NCBI GenBank assembly: GCA_048013815.1
Contig: CM106585.1
Coordinates: 15,314,001 to 15,378,000 of the forward strand
From: Setoptus koraiensis
Lineage: Eukaryota > Animalia > Arthropoda
Reading direction: 5' to 3'
DNA length: 64,000 nucleotides
The notes under the pieces were generated by a model. The model saw only the letters and a program-made list of their open reading frames with translations, had not been told where the DNA came from and searched no databases. The first letter of the stretch is position 1, and the number at the start of each line of letters is the position of its first letter. The translations under genes were made by a program, and so were the position numbers. Positions 10,923-23,992 of this stretch are shown in pieces.

Positions 10923-13900
10923 AACGAATGAGCTCGTGCTCAATCGCTCAATTTAGAATAGAATTCGGCGAGTGAATCGCCAAGTGAACCTGGCCAATAT
11001 TTACAAAATGGGGCCAACTTAGGGCCGACATCAGCTCATCATCTTGCATGATGCAAGTTGCATCTGGTGCCAACGCGTGACTCACGCGCCATGAGACGGC
11101 GGGCCCCTTGGTCAGTTAGCGTGCTCGACGAGAATCTGCTCTCTTGACAAAATTGTTGTCGGCATCGCCGGGGCATTGTATCCATTGTGTGGCCAGGCAT
11201 TGGGAAAGCCAATTTGGGGTATTCGCGGGAAGAGTCGCGGATCGAATGAATAACTGAGCGTCACTCGAGCGTCAACTATCGATAGATTTTGCATGTTGTT
11301 TTCTTCTCCGATTTTGGGGACTCCCCCAAATTTGTGCGCTCCTCCGGCCAATGTCCAGCTTGCGTGGATGGCCACGCACAATGGCCCCATTTCTGCCCCT
11401 CTATACCTGCCTCGGCGAGCCATCGGTATCTGTGAGCGAGCTGCATTTGCAGCGATACACTCGCCTTTGATACGCTCGCTCGTCTGCGCCGCAGCCAGTT
11501 GGCCGGCTGACTGGGGCCCGCTGGCGAACTGGCTCACTGGCGAGCCGGCCACCCCCGCATCCGCACGAGCCGGGCCGGACGGCAGCGCCAACAACAACTC
11601 GGCGGCCCAGTTCCGAGAGAGCGCCCGCCGAAGTGCCTGCCGTGGGTTTCCGTCTCGCATCCCCGCGCGCTCCGCATCCCAGCGCGTCTCGTATCCCCGC
11701 GCGCTGCGCATCCTGTCCGCGACGGATCGGCCGTCTGCAATTGGGCCGAGACGCCGGGCGCCTGTCAAGCGTGGCCCGGTCACCGGGCCGGCCAGCGCAC
11801 GACGGCCCCCGAAGGGGCCACTAATTCATATATTCGCCGTTGGCGCTTCGGATCACAACAGATTCCGTCGAGCAGATTCCGTCGAGCAGATTCCGCCGAG
11901 CAGATTCCGCCGAGAGGAGTCCGTCGAACGGACTCTGCCGAATGGAATCCGCGCACCGATGCGGCAGATCGGAATTGATTTGTTCGGGCCAAGGGGCCCA
12001 TTCATTGCCGAGCAGGTACAGAGCGGGCCCGAGCAACGGCTCGGTGCCAACCGACGGCCCGTCAGTGTCGTGCCGGCCAGTTGGCCAGCGCCGGCTAGTG
12101 CGTTGGTGGGCGAGCGTGGGCGAGCACGGCTGAATGAGCATCTTGCATGCGATCTCTGCCGGCCGCTCGCTTGCCCGCTCGGAGCTGGCCCGCTCGAGCG
12201 GGCAAACTGGCCGGCTCGGGCGGGCGCACGAACGAACGGGCCGCTCGAGCGAACCGCTTCCAGTTGCCTTGCTCGGCTCGGCTCGGCTCGCCAATTTGAC
12301 GAGCACATCCCATTTGCGCGCTTGTTGTTGCGGGGGCCCCGTGCCGCCGACAACAAATGCCGTCACTATTTGTCTGTTGTCGCGCCACTCTGTCATGACA
12401 ATGCGAATATCTGTTCACATATCCACTCTTTCGAGGGGCCCCACTGCGCCGCGAACGAGCCTGTCAAGCGAGCAGCGCGCCACCGGACCGAAGATTGCCC
12501 GTTCCATTTTGCAGCGGCACCTGTACTGCAATATCTTGCCGGTCACACGTACAGTTGCGCAATGAGCCCTTGTGGGCTCTCTCGCAGCGTTATGTTAACG
12601 CTGCGAGAAAGAGAGAGCGACCGAAGAATCGTTGCACAATTTGCATAATTTGCCATCTATCAGCAGCCTGTCCTATCAGCTGCATTGAATGGATGCAAAT
12701 TGGGGGCGCCGAGTGTCGGCCAAGATGCGCGCTCCGAGATAAGCGAGCCACGGCCAGCCCCCAGCTCGCCCGCCCGGCCCCCCCACCCCGTTTCTCGGGT
12801 GCCGCTGTCCCGTTGGCTGCTGGCTGGCGCGGCGTCGCCCGCGGCGCCGCCGGCCACGACCAATGTGCGCGCTCTATCCGGTTGCGGCCGGGCGGACATG
12901 CAAACAAGTGCGGAGGGGCGAAAAAGAGCAGCGACGCCAGAATTGGCAAATGGGCAAACGCATTCAAATTGCCTTTGCGTGTTGCACTCTGTTTGCCGGG
13001 CCCCGTTGTTTGCTGTTTGTTTGCGTTCGTCGGCGGCGCGCCAGGTGAGGCGCCCAGCGACGATTTGGTCTAGATTTGCATTTGAATGGAGCGCGCAGAA
13101 CAGAAATCAGCGGATCGCGAACGGATCGGCGGCGGAGCCCGCACGAGGCCGCACCGTGGTGCTGAGACGAAATGTGCCGCGCGAATCGCTGGCTCACACG
13201 ACGACAGAATCAGCGAAACGCATTGAATTTTATTATTTTTAACCTGTCCAATTAAATGAACTGCTGGCGTGCCCATTGACACGTGAACACACGAAAACAA
13301 CGAAGCGGCCGCCAATCCGGAGCCCCATTATCCGTGCTCGGGCCGGTGCTTGGATTGTCAGGCGTCGTTATTGACTTTTGGCGGCGGCCGCCGCTCAAAT
13401 ATCGGCGCCGCTGCCCGTGTCGTCCCTGTCGGCTCATTCTTGTGCGAGTGATAAATCATACCTCGCCCGCTGAATTGGCCAATTGGAGGGGCCCGCTCGC
13501 CCGTCGGTGCGTTGGCCCGCTCGCCGGTCGGCCCGTTGGCCCGCTCGCCGGTCGGCGGTGTGCAAGCGCGCAGAATGAATGAGCAGTAAGCACCCAGTCA
13601 AGTCAGTCAGGTGTGAGCGGGCCCCAGATGCGAGCCGATTGTGTTGATTTGCCAAACAATGGCCCGCCGCCGGCCAGACGCGTGACGGGGCCAAGGCAGT
13701 GCGGGGCCTCATCACGAAAAGCGGCCTAGTCAGCGGGCCGGTCTCGCCATCGTGCGGCGGCCGAGGTATTTCGGCGATCGTTGGGGTGAGCGGGTGCGCA
13801 AATACAAACAAACTCACGCGCGCGCCAATAGCTCCGAGAAGGGCAATCGCTCACACGCGGGCCCCTAATGGATAACGGATAAGGGATAAAAACAGAAAAC

Positions 13901-14861
13901 GATGATTTGGGGCCACCTGTTCACACACACACACGCACACTGTGTGCCAGTTGATTATTCAAAGCCGATTCAGCATTATCAGCTGCTCGTCGTCGTCGTC
14001 GTCGTAGTCGCCGTTCATTGTTAGTCGTCGATGAAATAAAATAGCGCTTAGCTCCCCACTCACCTGGCAGCGATTGAGGCAACTATTGCGCCAGCTAAGC
14101 TCACAAGCTGGCAGCAAATTGGGGCCCCGCCGAATGATGGCGAAATATCGACGACACATTGCTCAACAGCTGTGTGCCACATCTAGGCTATAATAGTGAA
14201 TAGTGGGTTGGTGTTGAATTGTGTTTGCAGTTGGGGCCAATTGTTTGCACTGGCGCCCACTGGAAATGGCAGTTGGCGCTGCCAGCGACTTGCTGCGCGA
14301 TTTGGCAATTGATTTTGGCCGATTTGGGCCGATTTGGGCCGATTTGGGCTGATTTGGGCCGATTTGGGGCCCGAACTGGGCCGACAAGCCGGACCAGGCC
14401 ATGATGATAAACAATTAAGTCGCACGCGCCGGCCGATTCATCTGGCCTGGCCGCTGCCGGCCATCGTGTTCGAGACGATCGGCCGTTCGCGAGTTACATC
14501 GTCCGAGCGGCGCCCCAAACTGGCGCCGGCGGGCCTATACCGCGAGTCACAGTCCGCGGGCCGCGACAACTATGTGCTAATACGACATATAATATCGGCC
14601 CGCATATACCATGGCACAGTATATATATATCGCAGTATATATATAATGCGCCGGCAGTTGAGCGCGACAATAAGCCAGTGATAAATAGCGCCCGTTATAC
14701 CCGTTATATCAGATATAGCACAGGTACGCGACGGGGATAAGGGGGCGCAGGCTTGAATTAACGCCGCATACATACAGTCACTACAGTATTACAGTGCCAT
14801 CTAGGCCGTTGCGTAAGAGATTGCGATTCAATCAATACTGGCCGCTGATTGCTTGCTCGCC

Positions 14862-14895
14862 AGATAGAGCCCCTGGCCGGCCAGGGGCTCTATCT
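14862..14895. repeat. Perfect 34-bp palindrome, no spacer
   Basis: AGATAGAGCCCCTGGCC|GGCCAGGGGCTCTATCT. Confidence 0.96.
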
Positions 14896-14928
14896 CGCCA
14901 GCCGGCGCTCTATGTGGCGCCGTGCCGA

Positions 14929-14998
14929 TTATAACCCGTCGCTGTAACTTACAACGCTGACGCGCCGGCTGGTTGTAAGTTACAGCGACGGGTTATAA
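14929..14998. repeat. Perfect hairpin, 27-bp stem, 16-nt loop
   Basis: TTATAACCCGTCGCTGTAACTTACAAC (14929-14955) and GTTGTAAGTTACAGCGACGGGTTATAA (14972-14998) are exact reverse complements. Confidence 0.96.
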
Positions 14999-17900
14999 GC
15001 CAGCCGGCCCGACCAGCTACGCGCCAGCGGCCCCTCTGCTGCTAGGCGGGCCGGGCGGGGCCGGTTTGAGTTGGGCCGGATGGGGCCGCAGCGAGCAGCG
15101 GGCAGAGGCTGGCGCGCGACTTGAACTGGTCGCAGATGAATTGGTTCATTCATCTGCGACTGCTAGTTAGTTTGGCTCGCCACACTCACCTTGCGCCAGC
15201 GGTGCCCTTTACCTGGCGCCCCCCCCCTCAGCTGCCGATCTGCATCACTTGGCGCTGCAAGCAGCGCCCACTATTGCGGCTCCACTTATCTCGACGGTGC
15301 AATCGAGATTCGCGGCCCAGATATTGACTACTGACAATGAGGCCGGCAGGTAATAAATGATCCTCGCTAGCTCTCGTGCTTGCTGTAAAGCTGCAGTTGT
15401 TTGTATAATAACCGTGCGCTGCCTGTCCCGACCCACCCCGCGCGCGCCCGTCCGTCCGTCCGTCCGTCTGTCTGGGGCCCCTGATGAGAGGCCCGCTCGC
15501 AAGTCGCGCACACGCTCAACTCGCAGTAAGCCAGCCAGCGCCATATCTGGCGATGATAAAAGCCAGCCAGCCCAGAGCTCATCAGCGGACGCCAGTTGTC
15601 GCCCGCGCGAGGCTCCGTCGAGCTTGGCGGGCCCAACGAGCCGGCGGGCGCCAACTGTGCCAGGCGCATTCCTAATTCCAGCCAGATTAAATCCCCGACA
15701 TGTCGTCTCTATCGCCATTTCTTCACCTGGCCCATTATTCAGCTCACACTCAATTTGACCCTAAAAGTTTGCAACGCTTCATTGAGCCGCCTGCCGCTCG
15801 CTGCTAACTACCCTACCTATATACGCTGTTAGCCCGCAGTGGGCGCCCCGACTTTGCTGGCGCGGTCCCAATTTTGTCGCATCGGGCACGCTATTTGTTA
15901 GTCGATAGAATGCGCGCGCGCGCGGGCAAAAAAACCCGACCAGACCAACGCAAAGAGCCCAGTTACGGGCACTCTGCGAGAAACAACTGACAACAGCGCC
16001 AAATAATTCCGGCCCGCCGAATAAAGCCAGCGCGACAGGCCAAAGAAAAGAGCAAACTTATCAGGCTCAGGCCAGACGCTGCTCGGGCCGCCACAGATGC
16101 TGGCCCCGGCCCGAGTGACATGTCGCCGGCCACCAGGCTGCAGCGGCACAAGTTGGGCGCATAACGAGCGCCACGCTGGCGATTAGAGTCAAATCTAGCT
16201 CAAGTCAATTTGGGCCTCATTTGACAAACTCGCCAGGCTCGCCGGCGAGGCCTTCGATTATCTAGGCGGCAATTGTTGTGCGTAGACATTGCGTTTGTTA
16301 TCGTTACTTATCCCCGCGTCGGCCAGCTCACCTTGCCGAGCGCCAGTGCCAGGGGCCGCTCCAGCGATCACCGCCGGCCTGGCGCTGGCCATCGTTGCGC
16401 CCGCACGCACCGCGTCCCCGGCAACGTGAGCGGCCGGCGCGGCGCGGGCCCCCTGCCCACGCTCGGCTCAATCGAATGAAATATGTGCCCATTGAGCTGC
16501 CAGCACACGCGATAACGCTCTGGGTTGTATTCCGCTTCGTGCACCGCTTCGCTTTATCCGCTGCACCGCCTCATCCGCTGCATCGCCTCATCCGCTGCAC
16601 CGCGGCGATCCGCTGCAATGGTGCTATGTGGTGCATCCACATAACATGGTGCTATGTGGTGCATCCACATAACATGGTGCTATATGGATGCACCACATAA
16701 TGTGGTGCAGGGATTCAATGAAATGGCTGCGAACGGTTGCAACAAACCGGCTGGCCTCCGGCTGAGATTGCAGCCGTAGCCCGAGCCGGGGCCCAAATGA
16801 GATGCAGCCAATTGCCACTTAGCCGCAACACTGGCTGCTCGCACTATATCTGTCGCTGGCTGTATATCAGTGTCTGCATAGGTGGTGCAAGTTCCATTAT
16901 GATGCAGCAGTCGCATGCCGCCAATAATGACGCAATTTCCGTCCCATCGAGGGGCTCCTCTCGTTACCGTGGCTGCACCGTGGCCAGTAGTGGCCTCTAC
17001 TGGCCAATGCCGGCGCCTCCGCGCGCGCTTGTCGGGCTGCGTGAGCCCGTCTGGCCCGTCTCTCAAGTCAAGAGTGCGGGCCACCAACTGAAGAGGGAGC
17101 TGCTCCATCTCGACTCGAGATTCTCGAGAGGCTACAGGGCGAGATAGAGCCGCGGCGGCGCCCCGCGCGGCACCTGTCCAATTGTGCGACCAATGATGCG
17201 TGCCAATCGAGACTGATCACTTCAGAAGTGATCCCATCCGATCCAATCCGATCAATGCTGACACTGGCCGCTCGAGCACGACCGGCCCCGATTGCAGCCG
17301 GGGCCCCGACGAGCCCTGGCGGCCAGACGAGCAACAGACTGCGCGCATCGCGCGCCTCGAGTGGATGCTGTGCAGTTCGTTTGCGTCTGTCAGGCCCGAA
17401 TAATTGGACGGCGGGGCGGACGGCGGGGGGATAAAGCGAGACGCCACTAATTAGTTTGTAGTGGGCCCGCTACGGGCCTGCACTCAATAACTGGCCACTT
17501 AATTCCGGCGAGCGCACGAGGGGCCCCAATGAATTGCTGGCCTCGCCCCTCACAGTGAGAGTCTCACAGTGCGAGTCTCACAGTGCGAGTCTCACAGTGC
17601 GAGTCTCGCAGTGAGCGGCTCACTGTGAGCGGCCGACGATGCGGCTCCCGGCTGTCGGGCCGGCTAGCCAGCGTGAGCTGTTGGCGCGCCAGTGGCGGGC
17701 CGCTGTGTCTGTGCGCTAATGGACCCGGCCCGCCCGACAGGTACGACAGGCCGCACGAGCTGTGTCGCAATGCAGCAGGTAATCAGTGCGCCAAAGTGAG
17801 CACTTTTGCTCTCGCCCTGAGAGTCGTCTCATCATATCAAGATCGCGCCAAACGAACGGGGCGCCAAACTCATTTTGCCATTGAATGGTGGCCAATGGCA

Positions 17901-20900
17901 AAATGAGATAATGCTTTCATGTTAGGGATTGTAATGATCGTCGAGTCATTACAATCTCAGCATTCAGCAGACAATGCGCGCGCCGTGCAGGCGATGTAAA
18001 TTGAATAATTTATATCCGTGGGCCGCATCCCGTGGGCGCCGGCGGCGGCGCGCGTCTCGGCGAGCTCGAGATGCCAACAATGATATCGGCGCTAATGATG
18101 CCGTCGAGCGACACTATTCGTTGGCTGCATCCAGTCTCCGGCATCCAGTCGCCGGCATCCAGTCGCCGGCGCACAGTCGCCGGCATCCAGTCGCTGGCGC
18201 ACAGTCGCTGGCGCACAGTCGGGCCCCAACTGTTGGGGCCCGACGGGCGCTATAATCTGATCAGCTGTTGCGCGATCATTATTCATTAGGTGGCCAGCGA
18301 GAGAGCGAGCATTATTGGCATGTTAGCCAGTGACCAATGTTGACAGTTGACGCTGTCATTGTTCAATTGTCTTTGTATCACGAGCTGCACATACAATATT
18401 AACACGTAACAGCGCGCACAGGATTATGCAATAATGGTCTAGGCGGTCTGGCGCGGAGTGGGCCGACCCGACACTTGTGCACGTGTTGGCACGCGGTGCA
18501 CATCCTGCGAGTCCGAGTGTCAGGCCAGACAATGGCGATTAGGCCGGCGCCAAGTGGGGCCCAAACAGCGTTTTTGTCCGTGATTGTTTTGGTGGAGTTG
18601 CGGCCGGCCAAATCCGCAACAAGCGCACATTATTGTATTATTTATACGATTGTGCGATAATATACGTCGTGTATTACGCGCCACTCAATGTGTACGGCGC
18701 AATACTATTACGCTGTGATATTACGGTAATAGATGGCTTATTTTTGAGATTTAAATGATGTCGGCGGCGCGACAATGGCGCCTCTGTTATCATTATTTAT
18801 CTGGTGGGGCCCCAGTTACGCAATGTGCACGTGAGCGGTTACATTTGTTTGCAAGCACACACTCGCGCGCCAGCGAGCCGCCACCTAGCGCCGATTGTGG
18901 CCGCCACCTAACGCCAGCGAGCGCCAATTGTCGCGAGCCAGCCAGCGCCAATTGTCGCGAGCCAGCCAGCGCAAGTTGGCAAGTCCGGCCCGACAAAAGC
19001 GCTCGCCATCTCGCCAGCCACAACGGCGACACTGTCGGCGCATTTCACGTGCCCACGGCGCCCCACACGTGGCGCAAACAGGAATGGCTTTGCGCCACTC
19101 TCGGGCTGGCGCGACTGTCGGGCAGGCGCGACTGTCGGCGCTAAAATGCTCACCCGGGGCAGTTGTCGCGCGCTCAAAAGTTGAATTAAACGAATGCTAA
19201 AAGTTGAGAGAAACGAACGCCAAAAGTTGAGAGAAACGAACGCCAAAAGTTGAACGAAACGAGCGCCAACGTTGCACGAAACGAACGTTGAAAGTTGAAC
19301 GAAATGAATGCGATTCTGGCCAACTTTCGGCCCAATTCCCCCGGCCGCCCATTGTTGGCGGCCCATTGTGGGCCGAGTCACATTAAAGGGCCCCCGTCGG
19401 CTGGTGTAAACATACACTTATAATGGTAATAATAAGCTCTGTCGAACGCTGATAGATAAGGGCCGTCCGCTTATCTGGGCCGCTCATCGGGTCTGACCGT
19501 TGCAGTGTGGTGCGGCCGAGCAGCGACTGTGTAAAGAATCGCAACGCTGTTATGTATTACATAACACAGCGTTGCTGCAAACGCATCTCCGGCGCGTCGT
19601 AAAAATTTCTCTGACAAATTCAGCCAGTTGCCAGTGTCGCGCGTGTGTAGGCGCGTTATCGTGCGCGTTATCGCCCGGCCAACGTGTGAAACGACGGCCG
19701 GCCGGCCGGGCCCCATGTCGCGCTGTCGCGTTTGTGATGCCGTTCATTGTGATGCTGGGCCCATCATTAGCGCCGCCAGCAACACCATGATAACATATTG
19801 TGTGTGTGTGTGTTGCGCAATATGATTATTATTGCCACGTACGCCGTTGCCGTGCACGAGCTGGTGCCACTTGTGCGCTGTAAGAAGTGACAGTCGTGTA
19901 GTGTCACTGGCGCGCCAACGCTGACCGCCGCCGACGAGGCCGCACCGGCTGACCACTGACCGTGCCAAATTACATAACTCAAACATTATGAAAAGTGGTC
20001 AGCCGGTGAGATGGCGACGCCGCACAACCGGGCCGCTGGCAAACAACCGGATGACCGGCTAGCGCGGGCCGGACAACCTGCTGGTGGCTGGTCGCTGGTG
20101 ACTGGTGACTGGTCGCTGGTCGCTGGTCGCTGGCCGCATAACGATAATTATCGGCGTCACTCTAGGTCGCGCTCTAACGGTCGGTCGCTAATGGAGAGGG
20201 AGCCGCTAAACGGCCACCGCGCACCCATGCCGACCACATTCATTTCTCGCTCGGTGCCGCATTCTGTGCCGACTGTGCCGACTGGGGCCCCCAAACTGGC
20301 GCTGCCGCCAACGCTGGCCAGTGCCCCGGTGAAGGCTGACGCCGACCGCACCGCACAACTTGTGGGCCGCAAGTTTGTTGACGGAATCGGCGGCCAGCGG
20401 AATCGGCGGCCAGCGGAATCGGCAGCCAGCGATCGGTGGCAGCCAGCGATGTCCAGCGGCTGCCGCGGCGCAAAATCAATCGCTCAACAAACAAATATCT
20501 GACGCTGGCCTCAGATGATTTGGCGCCGTTTGTCACGCAAGTGACAGCGCGTTGGCGCGGCTTGTCATTTGATTCGGCCGATTGATTCACTTGTCGCGGC
20601 GCGCCACCATCGCGACAAAACAAACAACATTGCAACAGCCAATGATTGCCCACTGTCCAGTTCAGCCCGGTCCGGCCCGCGCGCAAGTGTCGCCTTGCCG
20701 CCGTGCCCGGCCCGGTCCGGTGAGCCGGTGAGCCGGTGAGCCGGTGAGCCGGCGGGCTGGCGAGCTCGTTGTCGGCTTCGCGTTATCGTTATTTGTCCGG
20801 TCGTCTGTACATGCACGCGCGCAGGCAGCCGTGCGGCCAACTGTGTCGCGTCCGCTCGCCCGGCCAACCGTGCATGTGTCTGGCGGGCGGGCGGTCGGGC

Positions 20901-22906
20901 CGCCGGCTGCCCGTCTGTCCGTCGGCCTGTTATGTTCGTAACAGGCCCGGCCCGACCGTCTGGCTGCATGGGCGGTCTGGGCGGTCTGGGCCGTCTGCGC
21001 CAAGTGGGGCCCGCGCGGCCGTTGTTCGTGTTTGCGCACTGTGCACAGTTTGTGCACAATTCGTGTGCGAACGGCCAGCTGTCGGAATATTGTGAGACAC
21101 GAGTGGCCAGCCATCAGCTATCAATCATGGCTGACCCTGAATTGGGGCCCTGATACATTGTCCGCCGGCCACGATAACCGCCAGCGAGCTGTATGCTGAT
21201 GCGGCCAGCAGTGCGCGCAGTGTGACCGGCGCTTACATAATCGTCGCGGTCATCATTGCATAACTGTCCGCACGAAAACGGTTATAAATGGCGCTATATA
21301 TAACGCGGCGCAGGGCGCATATAGCACGTACTGTGTGGCCGTGTGTCGCATATGGCTTACGTTTGCAGCGGTGGCCGCGTCGCGACGCGGCCATGTGGCG
21401 GCCCGACGCAACTGTGCCACGACATAAATAACGGCCGCGACGACAGCGCCGCCACTTGGCGCTCGCTTTATGGCCGGCCGCTGCAGGGCAATCTCGTTAA
21501 TGTATGTACAGCGCGACCCCATGATTGTATCGGCCCGTGGCGAGCCGGCCCGGCGCTCGTTGGCGCGCCCTTTGCTTTAAGTGGGCCCATAAATGCAACA
21601 ACTTGCCGGCCGGCGCCGTCTGTTTGGGGGGCCCTCTATATGTTAACAGTTAGCAACTGTTAGCATACAGAGGCGGCGTACCGTATGGAGTGGGCGCGCG
21701 TTGGGGCGCCGCCGATAAGTCAACACGCAGTGGGCAAACACACACAATGGCGCAAATAAATAAGTGGCCGCTCGCTTTTTATTGCCTCGCCTTATCTGTA
21801 TAATGATCTGCGAGCATTTTGATTTGCATCATATCACCGGCCAGCATCGCGTTCGGGCTGGCAACACTTGCTCATAATCACAGTGCTGCGCCGATCTGTG
21901 CTGCCATTTTGGCTAATGGTGCCAAAACGGGGCCCAAACGGCGCCCAGCGACACACACTGCAAAATCAAACGGCGCTGCCGCTTGCAGCGCCCCAATGCA
22001 GACAGGTGACCACTTTAGCCTAATTGGATATGGTTTTTGTCATTGTCAGTTTGCGTTGCCAGCCGGTTGTTGTTGTTTCGCGCGCCAAGCGCCAGTTTGT
22101 TTGCCTCGGCCTATTTGGCTGTTGGCGCTGTTGTTGGTGCCGGCGACGCTGTTGTTGCTGCTGCTGATTGTCGCTGCCCATTTGCCAGCTTGCTGGCAGC
22201 CAGATGGGCGCTGTCGTGATCGTTTAGGCCGCCTGGCTCTCTCGGATAATTACACACACTCACTGTTTAATTTGTACCATGTAACAACAGCGACAACACC
22301 CGCGAATCACCTGAAAACATCGCCATCCGTTATGTTGCATGTTTGTCTGGTTGCGATGCCGCTGATTGGTGCACCAACAACAACAACCAGCGCCAGTGGA
22401 CACAGTCTAGACAACAACAACAACAACAGCCGACACTCCATTAGGTGCCAGTTGTTGAGAGCAAACACAAATAGGCCTGATTGATGGAACAGTAGCCGGC
22501 CAATGGCTGCCACTACATGTATGTGTGTAATAGCCAGCCAGCCAGTGAGGCCAGCAGCGAAAGAGAGAGAGAGAGAGAGAGAGCCAACACAAAGAACACA
22601 ACTGGTTTGTTTGTCATCAAACATAGACTCACATCTAGGCTTACGTAATAGTGGCTGTCATAATCTCAACAGACAAAGCAGCAGCCAACAGCACACTGGC
22701 TCGTGTTGTGTGAAGAGTGACACGCCGACAACGACGACAATAACAACAATAACATCATCATATCATGTACGCGCACGTACAACTCGCCAGCCTGCCAAAG
22801 TAAACCGATCGGGCCCAGTTGCTGGCGACACCGGCCCCGGCTAGACAGGCCTCAGTGCTGGCGTTCGCTCGCCATCTGGAGCTCGCCAGTTATAGCTCGC
22901 CAAACA

Positions 22907-22995
22907 GAGCTCGCCAGTCAGAGCTCGCCAGTCAGAGCTCGCCAGTCAGAGCTCGCCAGTCAGAGCTCGCCAGTCAGAGCTCGCCAAACAGAGCG
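22907..22995. repeat. 14-bp tandem repeat (CAGAGCTCGCCAGT) x~6
   Basis: Read directly; the outer copies diverge slightly. Confidence 0.9.
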
Positions 22996-23992
22996 CCAGT
23001 TAGAGTGCCAGTCGGAGCGCCAGCAGTTGTGCAGTGTGAGCAGTTGCAATAGTGCGCTAGTGGAAAGTTAATACAGAACAAAACGAGCGAAATTGGATAA
23101 ATATGCAAATTGGTTATGGTGCAACTCGAAACTATTCACCGACACACACAGCAAATCATCATCACCTGAGGCCACGCTCCAACCTGCTGTCTTGTGCATG
23201 CAACGCGCCGCGTCTGACACCAGATCAGTCTGGCTCTGCCAGTGTGCAGCTCGCTTGCTGCAGTTCGAGAGGGGCCGGCTTTTATAATGAAGAGATTAAT
23301 TTTGTTGATGTTGTTGTTGTTGCTGCTGCTGGCGCTGTTGTCGTTGTCTTTGTCGTTGTTGTCGTCGTCGTCGTCGTTGTCGTTGTCGTCGTCGCCGTCG
23401 TTTTGGTCGTTGTCGTTAGCTAGTCGTCGACGTGATGGTGACGCAACATAGAGGAACGTAAAAAGCACAAAAACAAGGCATAGGAAAACTGTCACATCGC
23501 CACATTGCCACCATCACTTGCTACGTTCGCTTCTGGCCGCTCTCTGGCACAGCCTGAGCGCCTGGCAAAGAGAGCTGTTAGCTTGCTGCAATCGAGCAGC
23601 TCGCTTGACAAGCAAATCAACAATGGCAAGGTTTCATTATTGTTCTCGCTCGTGTCAGTGTGTTGCTGACAGCTCGTGATGATTGTCTCGCTCGGCGCGC
23701 CCGAACCCCGAATGGATAAAGAGTTCTCTTTTAAAACAACCACTACAAAACTTTTTCACCACTCTATCTTCTCAAGCCCATTCTATCTAAATTGAATTAG
23801 CTCTGAATTGCGCACAACCCGCACCTGACTAGAACCCCAGCCAATCCACTATCCTCGTCCAGCGTAACCAGTGGCGCCGGTTGGCTCAAGATTTCTCCAA
23901 TCCAGCTATCTAGCTGCTGGATATTAATTCAAGTCTAACATACAATATAATACTAACTGTCAACTCTCTCTCTCCTTCAACAACAACAACAG

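Noticed and set aside
11293-12648. 451-aa ORF, plus the many overlapping 60-250 aa ORFs in 4-23 kb and 39.3-47 kb
   Set aside because: Ala/Arg/Pro/Gly-rich translations of GC-rich repetitive DNA, open in several frames on both strands, with no recognisable domain.
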